A DNA stretch of 60,537 nt, the filler included, from Sphacelaria rigidula (taxonomy: Eukaryota): NCBI GenBank assembly GCA_964200075.2. It is 10 parts of 10 records of this genome, joined end to end, with 100 filler letters (N's around TTAATTAATTAA, not from the genome) between each part and the next. Parts side by side here need not be neighbours in the genome. Positions count along the whole stretch, not along the records: positions 18,193 to 24,156 come from CAXNAA020023161.1; positions 24,257 to 30,220 come from CAXNAA020023162.1; positions 30,321 to 36,284 come from CAXNAA020023163.1; 7 more parts are not named here. One strand, 5' to 3'. Made by a program: the position numbers and the translations under genes. The notes beneath the pieces are model-generated. The model had not been told where the DNA came from. It saw only the letters and a list, made by a program, of their open reading frames with translations, and searched no databases. Within the stretch, counting starts at the first letter, position 1. Each line of letters starts with the position of its first letter. Positions 23,969-35,868 of the stretch are shown in pieces.

Positions 23969-25009
23969 GCGTCTGGGTCCAGAGTTATACACGGCGTTCG
24001 GGTTAAAGGACGAGTACGGCTGCGAGGGCACGTGTGTCCCTGTGATGCTAACTCCAACATCCACACCGCAAATCATCTCTCGAATTGCACTTCCATAATG
24101 GGTTAGCGGAGGGGGGGGAGGGGGGTACTCATGATCATGCACGCCATAGCCACGTGNNNNNNNNNNNNNNNNNNNNNNNNNNNNNNNNNNNNNNNNNNNN
24201 TTAATTAATTAANNNNNNNNNNNNNNNNNNNNNNNNNNNNNNNNNNNNNNNNNNNNGATGTTCGGGTTCAGGCTGCATGTAGCGCCTCATATTGGCGACA
24301 TTGGCTAGAACGAACCTAAGCGTGAGAATTTCCAACTTCTTGTTGTGCTCGGCTTTTCCCATTTCGATTTACGCGAAGATTTTGGCTCCCAAAATCATGC
24401 ACTTTTTCGGGGGGGGGGCTATCGTAGAAAGTGTCCCAGAAAAATGTTACCCTGTCCCGGGGACGGTCACAGCGCGCACAGGTAGACGGTCACCTTCAAA
24501 TTGATCGTCGAAGCGCGCACAAGTAGACGGTCAACGGGAACTGACGGAGCATCTGTCCAGCGGCCTCGTGCGAACCTCGTAGCATGCAGCTTCACTCGTA
24601 GTCGCTCAATCGTTGTGGATCTGAGTCGGTCACCACCTTCATGAGTAGCTACACAGGAATAGTTAGACGGGCACCCGTAATAATTGTCGACGAGCAACTG
24701 TTGCAGGCTTCATGCAGTCCAATGATCCACCGCGGCGGGTCAAAGTAATCAAACTATGGTCCGTTCAGCAGTGCACCTGGAAACAACCACCCACGTATTC
24801 ACAGCCGAAATGACAACTAAAAGAACATGGTTGGGTCTAATCTCTGAAAATCATAACAACCTCACATGCATGGCTCGTCCATACCCTTTGGAGCTATCCA
24901 CTAAGGGCGCAAATAATCAAACAGGGTGAACCACATCGAGGTTACATCCATCTTTCATGACGATAAAATATTCCAAGCATCACTGACTTGCCCTCCCTGA
25001 CCAGGGGGT

Positions 25010-25748
25010 TGTTCGGTAGAGTCTAGAGCTATATGGCTTGGGCACTCACTGCTCAACCAAAAACGTAGAAGGTAACCTCGCACAGCGTTCGCTGTCGAAG
25101 ATGAAGTCACAGAAGCAGAAGTGTATAGTTGCCTTTTATTGTCTCATTTATATCAAACCGCTCATGGGTAGGAAAGCACACACACACACTGAACACGGTG
25201 GGGTGAGAGATGCGGAGGTACATCATCGTCGAGAATCCTTCTCGAGGTAAGGCAAATATCTCCTATTTCATCCCGCAGAAACGTAGGGTATACCACAAGA
25301 TAACTCCCCGTCGTTTCCGGATCATTCGAGAACAAAAGTGAGAATAACGAACACTTTCAAGAACATTCCGAGAATCGATCCGAACCGTCGTTCTACAGTA
25401 CCATTCCTGGAAATCACCAGTGCCATTTCCCATCGGTTGATCCGCCACATTTTCCTCGGATAATCTCGTTATAGTATCCTGGATCTTACATTTACGATGA
25501 GTGAAATCACACGGTTAATACCCTCCCTGATTTTGCACACTGGGGAATCAAACGCATGTCGAAAATTCGAATCAACGCACAAGGAAAAACTTCAGACTAC
25601 TTCGACCAAAAACCGTTTCCTGTTCCCAAAGAAACACAAATCACACCCAAGCCATGACCGAAATATAGTTTGGCCTTGGCTTTGACACGAGTCTCGTGAG
25701 AATGCGCTTTGCTCCTAATGAGACACACTCAGTTACAACCTCGCGACC
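25010..25748 (-). repeat. Candidate 3' LTR of the minus-strand copia element
   Basis: Follows a purine-rich tract (GGAGTGAGGGGC, 25749-25760) just downstream of the pol end and terminates in ...CCGAACA. The start is GG rather than TG, and no second LTR is present to confirm it. Confidence 0.3.
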
Positions 25749-25841
25749 GCCCCTCACTCCAAACGTTCATAGCTTGACGTAAAAAGTACAAGGTCCAAGG
25801 TCCAAGACTATAAACCGGTCTCACTTCAACTTTCAAGTTTG

Positions 25842-28800
25842 TCAAAGCCACTTGATGTTCATCAGAACATTCCTGTGGTACCTGAAGCTACCAACAGGCA
25901 AAGGTTACGTCAAAACGTCTGCGTGCTGCTGAGGAGACTTGACATACTCCACTCGGATGATTTGTTCAGACACCCATTCCCTTAGAAAATGATGACGCAT
26001 ATCATTGTGCTTGCTCTTGTGGGAGCTTTGCGATATTTTCGCGAGTTGAATCGCCCCCTGGCTATCCTCATACACCGTCAGTGGTACACAAAATTCCTTC
26101 CCTTGCGTCTGCATGAATTTCAGCATCGCCTTCAAGAACAGAGCATCCTTCACGACGTAGCCCATCGCTACGTATTCAGCCTGAGTAGAAGAGAGAGTTA
26201 CATTCTTTGAGTGCGAAAGAAAAATCCTACAACAGCCCCGCAGAAAAAAAATGCCCCTTCCGACACTGAACGCTGATAATCGAATTTCGCATAGTCTGCA
26301 TCCGCATACGCCACCAACTCGTCACTCGAACCCTTAGCATACGTGGTTCCCAAGTCTACTGTTGTCTTGAAGTACTCGAAAATCCGCAACACTTTGCGCC
26401 AGTCCTCAGGCGTCGGGTCTTCGTTGTGGCAGAATGCAGCTCTCATGGCGTCAGCGATGTCCGGGCGGGTGTTGATGGAGAGCCACATCAAAGATCCCAC
26501 CGCCTCACGGTACCTCCCCTCGAAATCCTCTCCCCCATCCACCAGCTGAGCTAGGATGTGTTTCGTAGGTCACAAATCCCCCGTAGCTGTCCACAACGCA
26601 TTATGATCACCCTCATGCTCACGCAGATCTGGAACTTGCTGTTGAAGTCGCTGCTATTGACGCTGCTGCAGCAGGCACGTGTCTGTTGTCTTGTCCGGCC
26701 AAGTGTCGGCTCAACCGAGTTAGGTTGATTCGCGGCATCCCCGCCGCCGCCGACAGACGATGTCTCCGAAAGATCATCATCAGAGGATGAAGACGAAGCA
26801 GATGGCTGCTGGCCAAACTCTTCGCCGTTGTTGCCGCCTCGCTCCTCCTCAGGTTCCACCATCCCATCAGGTACCACCACCCCATCTGCCACACGTTTAG
26901 GTTCCTCTGACAAAGCACAACCCGCAACCCCCCACCTGTGCCGAGATCCGACTCGTCAGAGTCAGAATCAGAGTTCTCGATATCGCCCTCCCCGCTCTCC
27001 ACATCCTGTGAGTTTTACCCTTCCGACATGGAAAAAGGAACCGCTCACTGCGATTTGGGGGGGGGGGGATGAGTGCTGCCAAGTAACATCGCGAGTAGTG
27101 ATTACATATCTGCCTTTCGTCTGCATTCTCATGGAATCACGGGGGTAGTTGTAGCCAGACCATAAGTAAAAATACTCCTGACCTTTAGTCATGCACTTCG
27201 ACGTCCTCTTATACCTACAGTATCCTGGCTTGAACAAAGGGAGAAGCTTGACTTCAGGCATTTCACCGTAAAACACCTCATCTTGGGACTTTTTCCCAGG
27301 GTTATCGGTGGTAGCAGAACGGTTCAACGCGTCTGCTACCCAACGATATCATTCAGCCCACATCCTTGCCTGAACATCTACGCCATACAGTACCTTTGCC
27401 TGAATCCTAGCTGCCATAGCGGCTTTCTCTATCATCTAGATTGCCCGTTCGGCAACATCATTGTACACGGGACTGTCTGCTGGGGTGAACTCTTGCCTTA
27501 TGCCACGCTCACGACACAGATCACTGAAAGAACCTGAAAACTCTCCACCACCGTCAGATCTTACTGTCTCTACAACTGAGGGAATGAACTGTGCTCCTAC
27601 ATCAGCCAGGTATTGCTTAAACGCCCTTGTGGTGTCAGACTTATGTTTCCCGAAATACATCCAGATCTTCCGGGTGACATCATCCCGGATGTGAAAAGAG
27701 TACTTTATGCCACCTGCACTCTCGACCAATTTCGGGCCGGACGCATCCATGCACACACGCTCAAAATGCCTGGCTTCACGCGTAGTGGTGGACGTAGGGA
27801 TGGGTTTCCGCAACCCCTTCGCCATTGAGCAGCCTCTGCATTCGTGCAACTTGCCCACCGGTGTCACCCCCAGCTGTTTCGCCGTTTCTCGTAACAAACC
27901 CTCGTGCAGGTGCCCGTGTGACTGGCGAAACAAAGTTATGTTCACCAGATTATGGTCAACAAGAATCTTGCCCGGGGCAAGGACGGCTCGCGCGGGTTCA
28001 TAGGGGGATTAGACTGATGGGTGTTTGACGAACAGTTGGATGGGAGGCTACGGCGGGTTGCGGTCACGACATCGTTCCTGCCGTCCTTCTCAAAATGCAG
28101 TTTCTTTCCACTGCGCAACGTGATTTCAGTGCCCTCTCGCGTAAGACTAATCGGCAAACCATGCTCAACCACTACACTCTGCAGGGAGAAAAGGTTTACA
28201 TCCAAGTCAGGCACATGTGCCATGCACTTGATACTGAATGTTAACTTGTCTTCGTCACTACCTGTCGACAACAAGATTTTTCCAAAGCCCAAAATCGGCG
28301 CCTTTCGACCGTCAGCCACCGTTCCCGAACGATCAGAGGAAGGCTCACAGTCATACATACAGTCACGCAAAGGGCTCATATGACATGTTGCAGCACTGTC
28401 TGCAATCCAAACCTCTTGCCCCCCATCGTCAAGAACTGTGCAGTCCCCTCGTGTACCATCTACTACAGACGCGTATTCGTCAGTCCCGGCTGCTATGAAA
28501 CTTAAGTATGCTGAGTCCTTAAAAGAGTCAGACGTGCACACTGCGACCATTTTGTGGAACTCCTTCGGATGTCGTTCTCCTCCGCACACCTCGCAAACAC
28601 GTTCTGGGCACTCAGACTTGAAATGGCCAGTTTTGCCACACTCGTAACAGGTGAGGCTTTTCTTATCTCCGGCTTTCTTCTTACCTGAGGAACGGAACTA
28701 CCGTCACCCCCTGCTTTTCCATCTGACTGTGCATTCCCATAACTTGATCCAGCCGCGGATTTCTGCGACTTCCCGACCCCCTTTTTCTTACTCCTGTAGC

Positions 28801-29881
28801 CGGAACCCTTATTGCCTGCATACAAGGCACGGTTGTGATTACTACCGTGCGAAGTACCGGTTTTCTTCAGAGACAGAAATTGATCCTTTACAACGGCTCG
28901 AGCCTTTTCAATCAACAGTGATGGTTCGAAACGCAACTGATCTTGAATCGTGGTGTACTCAGCGGGGAGAGAATTGAGGAATTTATTCACCATCATCTTA
29001 CGGGGAATCTTCAATCCCAACGTTACAGAACGCGAGTGCACTGACTGTACTTGGATCTAGAACTCATCTGTATCCTGTACTTTTGTGTACTTCAGATTGT
29101 TGAACTCGTCCAAGACATCCATCCTAGCTCCCGACGTTTTGGGAGAGAAGTGTTTGCCCAATGCACGCCATGCTATGGGCGGTGATCGCGAATACACAAG
29201 GACATGTCTCGCGATCAGATCCTTGACAGTGTTGAGAAGCAAAATATACGCAGAGCGAGCTCGCTTGATGTCGTCCTGACTGACATCCAACCCTAACAGT
29301 TGCCGTTCATTTAGAGGATTAACACAAAGCGGTGGGTCGCGAAACAATCCATCTCCAAAACCCTACATGAACGCATATCGCTGTACATCACGCTTAAAAA
29401 TCGTCCATCTATGACTTTTGTTACTCGTAAACTTTATGATGTCCTTTGCTCCCAACGTTCTAGAATCCACACTCATTGATAACGACGCTAATTGTGGACT
29501 TCCTCGGTTTCGCAAACTACTATCGACATCTCGCATACCCCCTGTACTGGGAAAACCAAGACCAGACATCCCTAACGATGTGCCAGAGGCATGGGTACCT
29601 GTTGTACCCCTGGGCGGTGCTCCAGCCCCCGCCCCTAGTCGACCCAATCCCAGACCGGCCGACCCGGTGAGTGTTAGGTCAGCCCCAAACTCCCTCAGGG
29701 CTGCTCTTTCTTGGGCTTCCTGCTGAGGTGGCTCTGTCCCCCCAGCTGTAGAAATCCCACTACTTGCTCGAGACGCTTTCCATTCTTGAAAGCTGTGGTA
29801 GTCCTCTGGTGTTACCACCAACGCCTGAGGTGGAGCCTCCAGCTCCTCCACCACACTCCGCTCTTCTCCTGTACCGCTCAC
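25842..29881 (-). mobile_element. Decayed Ty1/copia LTR retrotransposon internal region (gag-PR-IN-[RT largely deleted]-RH)
   Basis: Gag, zinc knuckle, protease WIADSAATCHM, pre-integrase HGHLHE..CRGC, integrase VRSDGGGEF..NDVAERAI, RT tail YREAVGSLMWLSINTRPDIA, RNase H YADADYA..YEDSQGAI..SKHxDMRHHFLRE..ADVLT; IN precedes RT (copia order); many stops and frameshifts. Confidence 0.95.
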
Positions 29882-30320
29882 GATAGAGCCTTATTTAACG
29901 TCCCGTAATTGTGCGAGTCATCGCACACCCCCTGGACCGAATAGTCATAAAGAGGGTGTTAGCTACTGCAGTGGCTGGGGTCTCTCAGTATGAGTGCCAG
30001 GAGATACCATGGCGCCAACCCACCAAGCTCCCACGTGGGCAAACTCACACAGACCTAGCTATCCTTCCTTGACATATCACAAGTAGATTCATTCATGTTC
30101 AGACTCTTGATAAGGAACTCACGTGTTTGCTTAGCATCATGTTTTATCTACAAGCCTCTCTTACTCAGTACAGCCGCAGGGCAGCCATAGGAGCAGAGCG
30201 TAGTGATGGCCCAGGGTAGANNNNNNNNNNNNNNNNNNNNNNNNNNNNNNNNNNNNNNNNNNNNTTAATTAATTAANNNNNNNNNNNNNNNNNNNNNNNN
30301 NNNNNNNNNNNNNNNNNNNN

Positions 30321-30546
30321 GGGTTTTCGCCGGACCAGGCTCGCATTTAATCACCAAGCGCGAATTGCCGTGGTGTATTGGGGAGTCGCATGAAGGGTGA
30401 GCTGCATCCTGCCAAGATTGTTCGGATGAAAGCCTACTGGTTATCTTGCATTTGGATGACAGCCTCGAATGAGTTGCTTTACAATCTGGTGTCGCCACTT
30501 CCCGAGACAGCCACCGCTTATACACTGCCTCATGGGTGCCTCACCA
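30321..30546 (-). mobile_element. Poly(C)-associated retroposon, 5' part (cut by contig start)
   Basis: Co-linear with 40374-40588; ends at CTCACCA close to a G run. Confidence 0.75.
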
Positions 30547-31080
30547 TGTGGGGGGGAGAAGAAAATTACGAACCAAGGTTTCCAACTTGGAAACGACTTG
30601 GGATTGGACTTCAGCAACTTGTGCAGTTTTCTCTTTTTCGGTGCGTTCATCATACCACCACAGCTGGACCCAAGGGGGTCAGTTAAAGTGCGACAATCAA
30701 TCAGTGAATGAATTGATCACTTGGGGTGCTGTTGCGGATCGGAGTAAAATGTCAAAGGGTCGGACGAATCAATGATCCGTCCGGAAATTACTTGATTATA
30801 GTGTTGTATCGTACGATACGAATCAATCCTCATGCTTTGTTTTTAACGTTGTAACCAAGGTACGCGAAGCTCAGGCACGCGGAACGGGCGCAAAGGTTGC
30901 GTGGAGACCTGTTTGACCAGCGGTCGAACCGTTTCTCTCTTTCGATCAATCAACCTAGAAAATCGTGGATTTGGTGGTTTGAATCGACGATGATTTATCC
31001 GAACCGTGAAAATGTCGTCCGAACTAGAGCATCTCCGGAAACACATCGGAATAACCATAAGCGTAGATGGAATCACTCAC

Positions 31081-33948
31081 ACTCTTGACGGCGGTGTAGC
31101 TGACGTAGAACCGTTTGTTGGAAGAGAACATCGGCCCGTGGCAGAAGCCCAATAGTCCCTGAGACGGTCGGGTTCGGAGGACGGCATGAAAAGAGGCAAC
31201 ACTCCAAGGGGTCGGTTATGAGTAAATGAACGGTGCGAATGGGAACATAATACGTTCTTTGGAACCACAGGCAAACGTTTGGCGAAAAAGGATGCACAAA
31301 TAAATACCTGGAGCAGGAGAAAGAGGAAACCGTTTTCGACGAAGGGTCGATTCTATCTGAATACGAACCACCGTACTACCTGCTCTCGTGAGTGGGCCCG
31401 TGTAGGGCCATGACTCACGTAGCGCTTCTCGAAACACATGTATTCCATCGTCAGTAGTTGACTGGAGTACCATCGTATTTGAGTAGGCCGCCAAGAAACC
31501 AGGTGATTTGAACTACAGCAGCAGGTGCGTTGTGAACAAATGCGAATCAGAGTCGGAAATAAATTGTAGCACAACACACATGACCGAGAACCGACGAGAA
31601 GAAACAAAAAACGTTTTCCTCGAACACCAGTAGCAGTAAACTTGACCCGCAATGATGACCTGTCGTTCCGCACCTCTTCAAACGCCAAGTAGAAGTCATC
31701 GTTGTCAGACATATCCATAATCTCCGTGCTGGCACCCATGCTGGAAACCTTCACCTGCAACGCATATCGTTGTAGCATGGCAACGACGACCGCGCCGACA
31801 TAGCTTCGTGGAGTTACATCACCAGGCAAGACCGGAAGAGGACGAAAATGGCCACACTCGTGTACTCTACTGTTGCAATCAAGCCCTCGATGTGAGATCG
31901 GGCGCCTTCAGGGTGGAGGCGATTCCGCACGCTCGGGTCTGTGAAATGAGATGAGTCAAGTTGGCCCGAATAAATCATCATCCGCGTAACATCCCGAGCC
32001 ACGATGCTTCGAGTCAGGTTCAACGCTGGCTTGCCCTAGGGGGGTTCTTTCTCGGAAGAAAAAATCGAGTAGCGCAAATACAGGAATCTGATTGGACGAG
32101 AGCGTATTCGATACATTCTCGAGACAGCCAGGGGGTCGTCGTGCTGCATATATATTCAAGCGCACGTAGGTTTGATGTTGCACGACGTGATGTTACTACT
32201 AGTGACACTATCGCTGCACTGTAGCCACGTGGGCCAAATTCCGCGCACAGACTCCTGATGTGTACGCTCCAAATATACCAACTTCCAACACTCACCAACA
32301 CCATCAATCCGCTCTGACCGGCGACCCACCACTCGTCTCCGTCAGGCGTCATTTGTAGAGCGATGACGTCCGGAGGAAGGGCTCCACTTTCGTACATGCT
32401 CTCGTCAAACAGCGGTTCCAAGGAACCGTCCGAGTTGGAGGTGGCTGCGGGCAAACCGAGCGACGATGTGCCCGGAAACATGCGTCAGGAGTGATCGACC
32501 ATGATGCCGTTGACGCCAGAACATCGAACGGTTGAGGATTTCTACCCAGGAAACGTGTCATCGCACCACCGCAAGCTCCCTGTATGTCTATGTGTGTGTG
32601 TGGATGTTCCGTCTATTCTGATATGGGTTGCGGATTCTTCAAGGACTCAACTGTGTATGTGATTTTGGGTTGTACATCAAATCTTCACCCTCTGAGGACG
32701 ACTCCGTCATGTCAAGGGATTAGTTCGAGTACAATCGGGCGTACATGCTAGCATGGAGCCCAAAGGCGCAGCGACGAATATCTCAGCATTGTATCGAAAA
32801 GCACCATTCCACCACGACTGCCTTTGCAGCCGATCAGTTGGTGTGGGACAAGCAATCTCTCGACTCACCATCGGCAAGGGAAATGTGGGTACGTAGGCTG
32901 CACCGGCTGTGCCCAGTTAGGCCGGTTGTTCGACCCTGTCTTCCCCGACATCTCCGAAATTATCGGCACTAGTAGCAAGGTACATGGTTCTTGCATACTT
33001 AGGGGGCACCACATCGTACTTCTCGGGCAGCTCTCCGACGTGTTACGTTGCAGTCCGAAACAATTTCGGACTTCTCTGAAAATGAAGCTTCGGGAAAAAA
33101 CGCAAGCCGCTTCGTTCTTGGAGAAGTATGAACGCAGATTCCAAAAATTCTAGTATTTCTTATATAAATATGTGAAACAACGTTGCCCATGATGTGCCAG
33201 AGAGAGTAGTTGGTAAACAAAACGAGAGCACTACTAAGCCAGTCTGTCGACGCAGAAGGGTGCGCCACACGAGCGGTTTCAGCACGTGGGCTGAGAAAGC
33301 TACTCGCCAGTGTGAACCGTGCGGTTCGATTGCGCCTTCCGGCAACCGAAAGCAGCATTGGACATGGCACTGATAATCGGTTACATGAATCCCCACGTTT
33401 GAGGGTAGATTTGCTGTTCGGAAAATCATCATTCCGCATGTTATTTGTAATGCGTGGGAGGACCGCGTGCTTTTCATGTTTTCAAGAACGCTTGAGCCAA
33501 TCCCTGGAATGACCCTACCCCTGACCCTAACCCTAACCCTAACCCTAAGAGTGTTTACACTCCGATGCGGTCCAAAAAGCACGCGGTTGTCTCACGCATT
33601 ACACTTTTGATTCAACTGTTTTTGCAGACCGCTCGATAAGAACGACCGGAACTTTGCTGTTCCCTGCACTGCGCCGTAGACTCGACAATATGTATCTTCG
33701 TCGTCTTTATTTAGACTTATGCACTCACATGTGTAAGGGTAGCTCCAGAACTGATCGCCAGTGCTGCCAACGTGCTTCTCGCAGTATGAAGCCCCGTCGT
33801 ATGTCGGGAAGGTGATCTGTCCTTGGCAGGCATCCACAAGATTGTCGCAAAAATTCCCCTTCATGGTCATACCGTCGTTTGGTCCCAGCTCCCCGCCGAG
33901 GCGCTCGTAAAGGTGCGCACTGAAAGAGTGGCACGGTCCACAAGCCAC
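31081..33948 (-). CDS. HHIP-like protein: Cys-rich folate-receptor-like region plus glucose/sorbosone dehydrogenase (GSDH) beta-propeller start; exons 33729-33948, 32296-32444, 31674-31754, 31081-31158 (partial at both ends)
   Basis: Four phase-consistent GT-AG exons give VACGPCHSFSAHLYE...FCDNLVDAC...YCEKH...FWSYPYTS...MTPDGDEWWVAGQSGL...DFYLAFEEGLLGFCHGPMFSSNKRFYVSYT. EEGLLG...PxFxxNxRFYVxYT is the GSDH/HHIP signature. Confidence 0.87.
33446..33603. mobile_element. Short TIR element containing (CCCTAA)n; inverted copy at 34141-34588 carries a nested repeat (about 34290-34560, related to about 30680-31040)
   Basis: TIRs TGTAATGCGTGGGAGGACCGCGTGCTTTT / AAAAGCACGCGGTTGTCTCACGCATTACA; 33560-33601 is the near reverse complement of 34141-34181. 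Confidence 0.75.
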
Positions 33949-35448
33949 CTGAGACCGACGAAGGCAAATAGTTAATACATGGCTAGTGGTAGATGAAAAT
34001 ATATATACATGTCAAGAAGCAGAGGTTTCAGGCAGAAACCACCACGCTGTCAACAGATAGGTACCGGAGAAGCAGGTGAAGCATCACGGGCGCGGTGAAA
34101 ACTTCACGCATCGCGACACCTCGTAGTCGAAACCATACGATAATGCGTGAGAGAATCGCGTGCTTCTTGACCGCATCGGAGTTCAATTATCCGTATGGTT
34201 ATGGTTATGGTTAGGGTAAAAGGGTATAAGGGTCACGGGCGCGCGTGCTTGCAGGGGCTGACCCGAGCAGCCTTGAAAAACGTAGATCCTGGAGTTATCA
34301 AATTCAAGGGTCGGACACGTGTAATGATTCGTCTGGAAATTACTTGGTTTTAGTGTGATTGATTCAGGCTTTGTTTTCAGCGTTGCAACCCAGGTTCACG
34401 CAGCCCGGACACGTGGAATGGCGCGAAAGTTGCGTGGATACCCCTTGGATCAGCGGTCAACTCTTCTCCCTTCTGGGCAATCCGGCAGAAGAAATCGTGG
34501 ATTTGGTGATTCTTAGTGGTGACGATTCATCCTAATCGTGATCAAATTATGATGCAGTCCAAAAATAACACGATCTTCCCGCGCATTACGCATTACACAT
34601 CCGACACAGTTCGATGTAAGCATTAAATGCACACTGTACTCGTGTTGGTATGTACCTGACTGCGAGGTAGTCATTCGACGCCAAGAGTGTCCACGCGTGT
34701 AACGGGACCATTGTGGTGTGTACGACTGCTCTCATAGACGGGGAGATCCCGAACCCTTCATGGTGCAAGCCAGAATATGAACGACATCAACGAAATTGAC
34801 CGTCATCTTCATACAAAAAGCGTGCTGTATCAATTCCATCAAAAAGGAGGCTCATGGGACACCCGCGACGCGGCAGACCGCAATAACGCCAATACACCTG
34901 TCTCTCGAAGCTGCGGCGATTCATTTGTTCTGAAGCGGCTGTTGGTGGTCATCGCATGAATGACGAACCGCATGTCGAGAAAATGTTGCACCCATCTCGG
35001 GAAAATAAACTGTCGGGGCTCCTTTTCGAAATTGCTCCGCATCTAAATTCAAGACAAATGTTATCCATGAAGGGGGATTCAAGTCGGCGCTCTGGGTACA
35101 TTATATCCCGTCTTCGCGCCAATGAAATTTCTCGCCGCCGGCCTTCATCTGTAAAGGTAGTATGTAGTACCGTTGTACCGGGCCTACTTTTATGTGCGCT
35201 GATAGGGCCGAAAAGGGAGTTTGGACGGCCTGATCATGCGCGGTCAGATAGCTTGACCCAACACGATGAGGGGATGGTTTGGTCAGGTCCCCGTGGTTGA
35301 GATCACGTGGGGTAAATATAGTCAGTAGTACATAGTAGCCTGGACCAAAGCACGCCTGGTCACACTAAACGGCATCCTCGTTGTCCGTGATGGAACTCAA
35401 ACGACGGACGTATCATGTTACAGCAGTGAGCGCGATGTGCCATTGATT

Positions 35449-35868
35449 GACTGCCTTGTATGGCAACCTATCCGTACTTGTACAAATATGAGGATTGCAG
35501 CTCGTCTACAGCCGATTTTCTCGCGTTAATGGATGTTTCCCACCCCCTTCCGTTGGGGAATGTGTTTTTCGCCTAGCTCCGAGGAAATCAGATTGATTCT
35601 CCGATTCTCTCGTCGTTGACGTTTGGCCAATCACCTTTCTGCTCAAATGCGGGAGTCTCCCGATCCGAGCAGAAATGTGGGAGGTGATGAACCAAAAGTC
35701 AACGTGCAGAGGATCAGAAAAATGATCTGGTTTCCTCAGAGCTAGGCGAAAAACATTGCCCAACGGACTGGGATCCGAAAAATTCATCCACGCGAGAAAA
35801 TCGAATGTAGACGGGCTGAAATCCTCATAATTGTACAAATACGAATGGGGTTGCCATACAAAGCCGTC
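35449..35868. mobile_element. Palindromic (foldback) MITE family B
   Basis: GACTGCCTTGTATGGCAACC...TTGTACAAATATGAGGATT versus AATCCTCATAATTGTACAA...GGTTGCCATACAAAGCCGTC; arms of about 200 bp; no clear TSD. Confidence 0.8.

Noticed and set aside
29940..30220. 5' LTR and PBS of the minus-strand copia
   Set aside because: No similarity to the candidate 3' LTR (25010-25748) and no convincing tRNA-complementary PBS.
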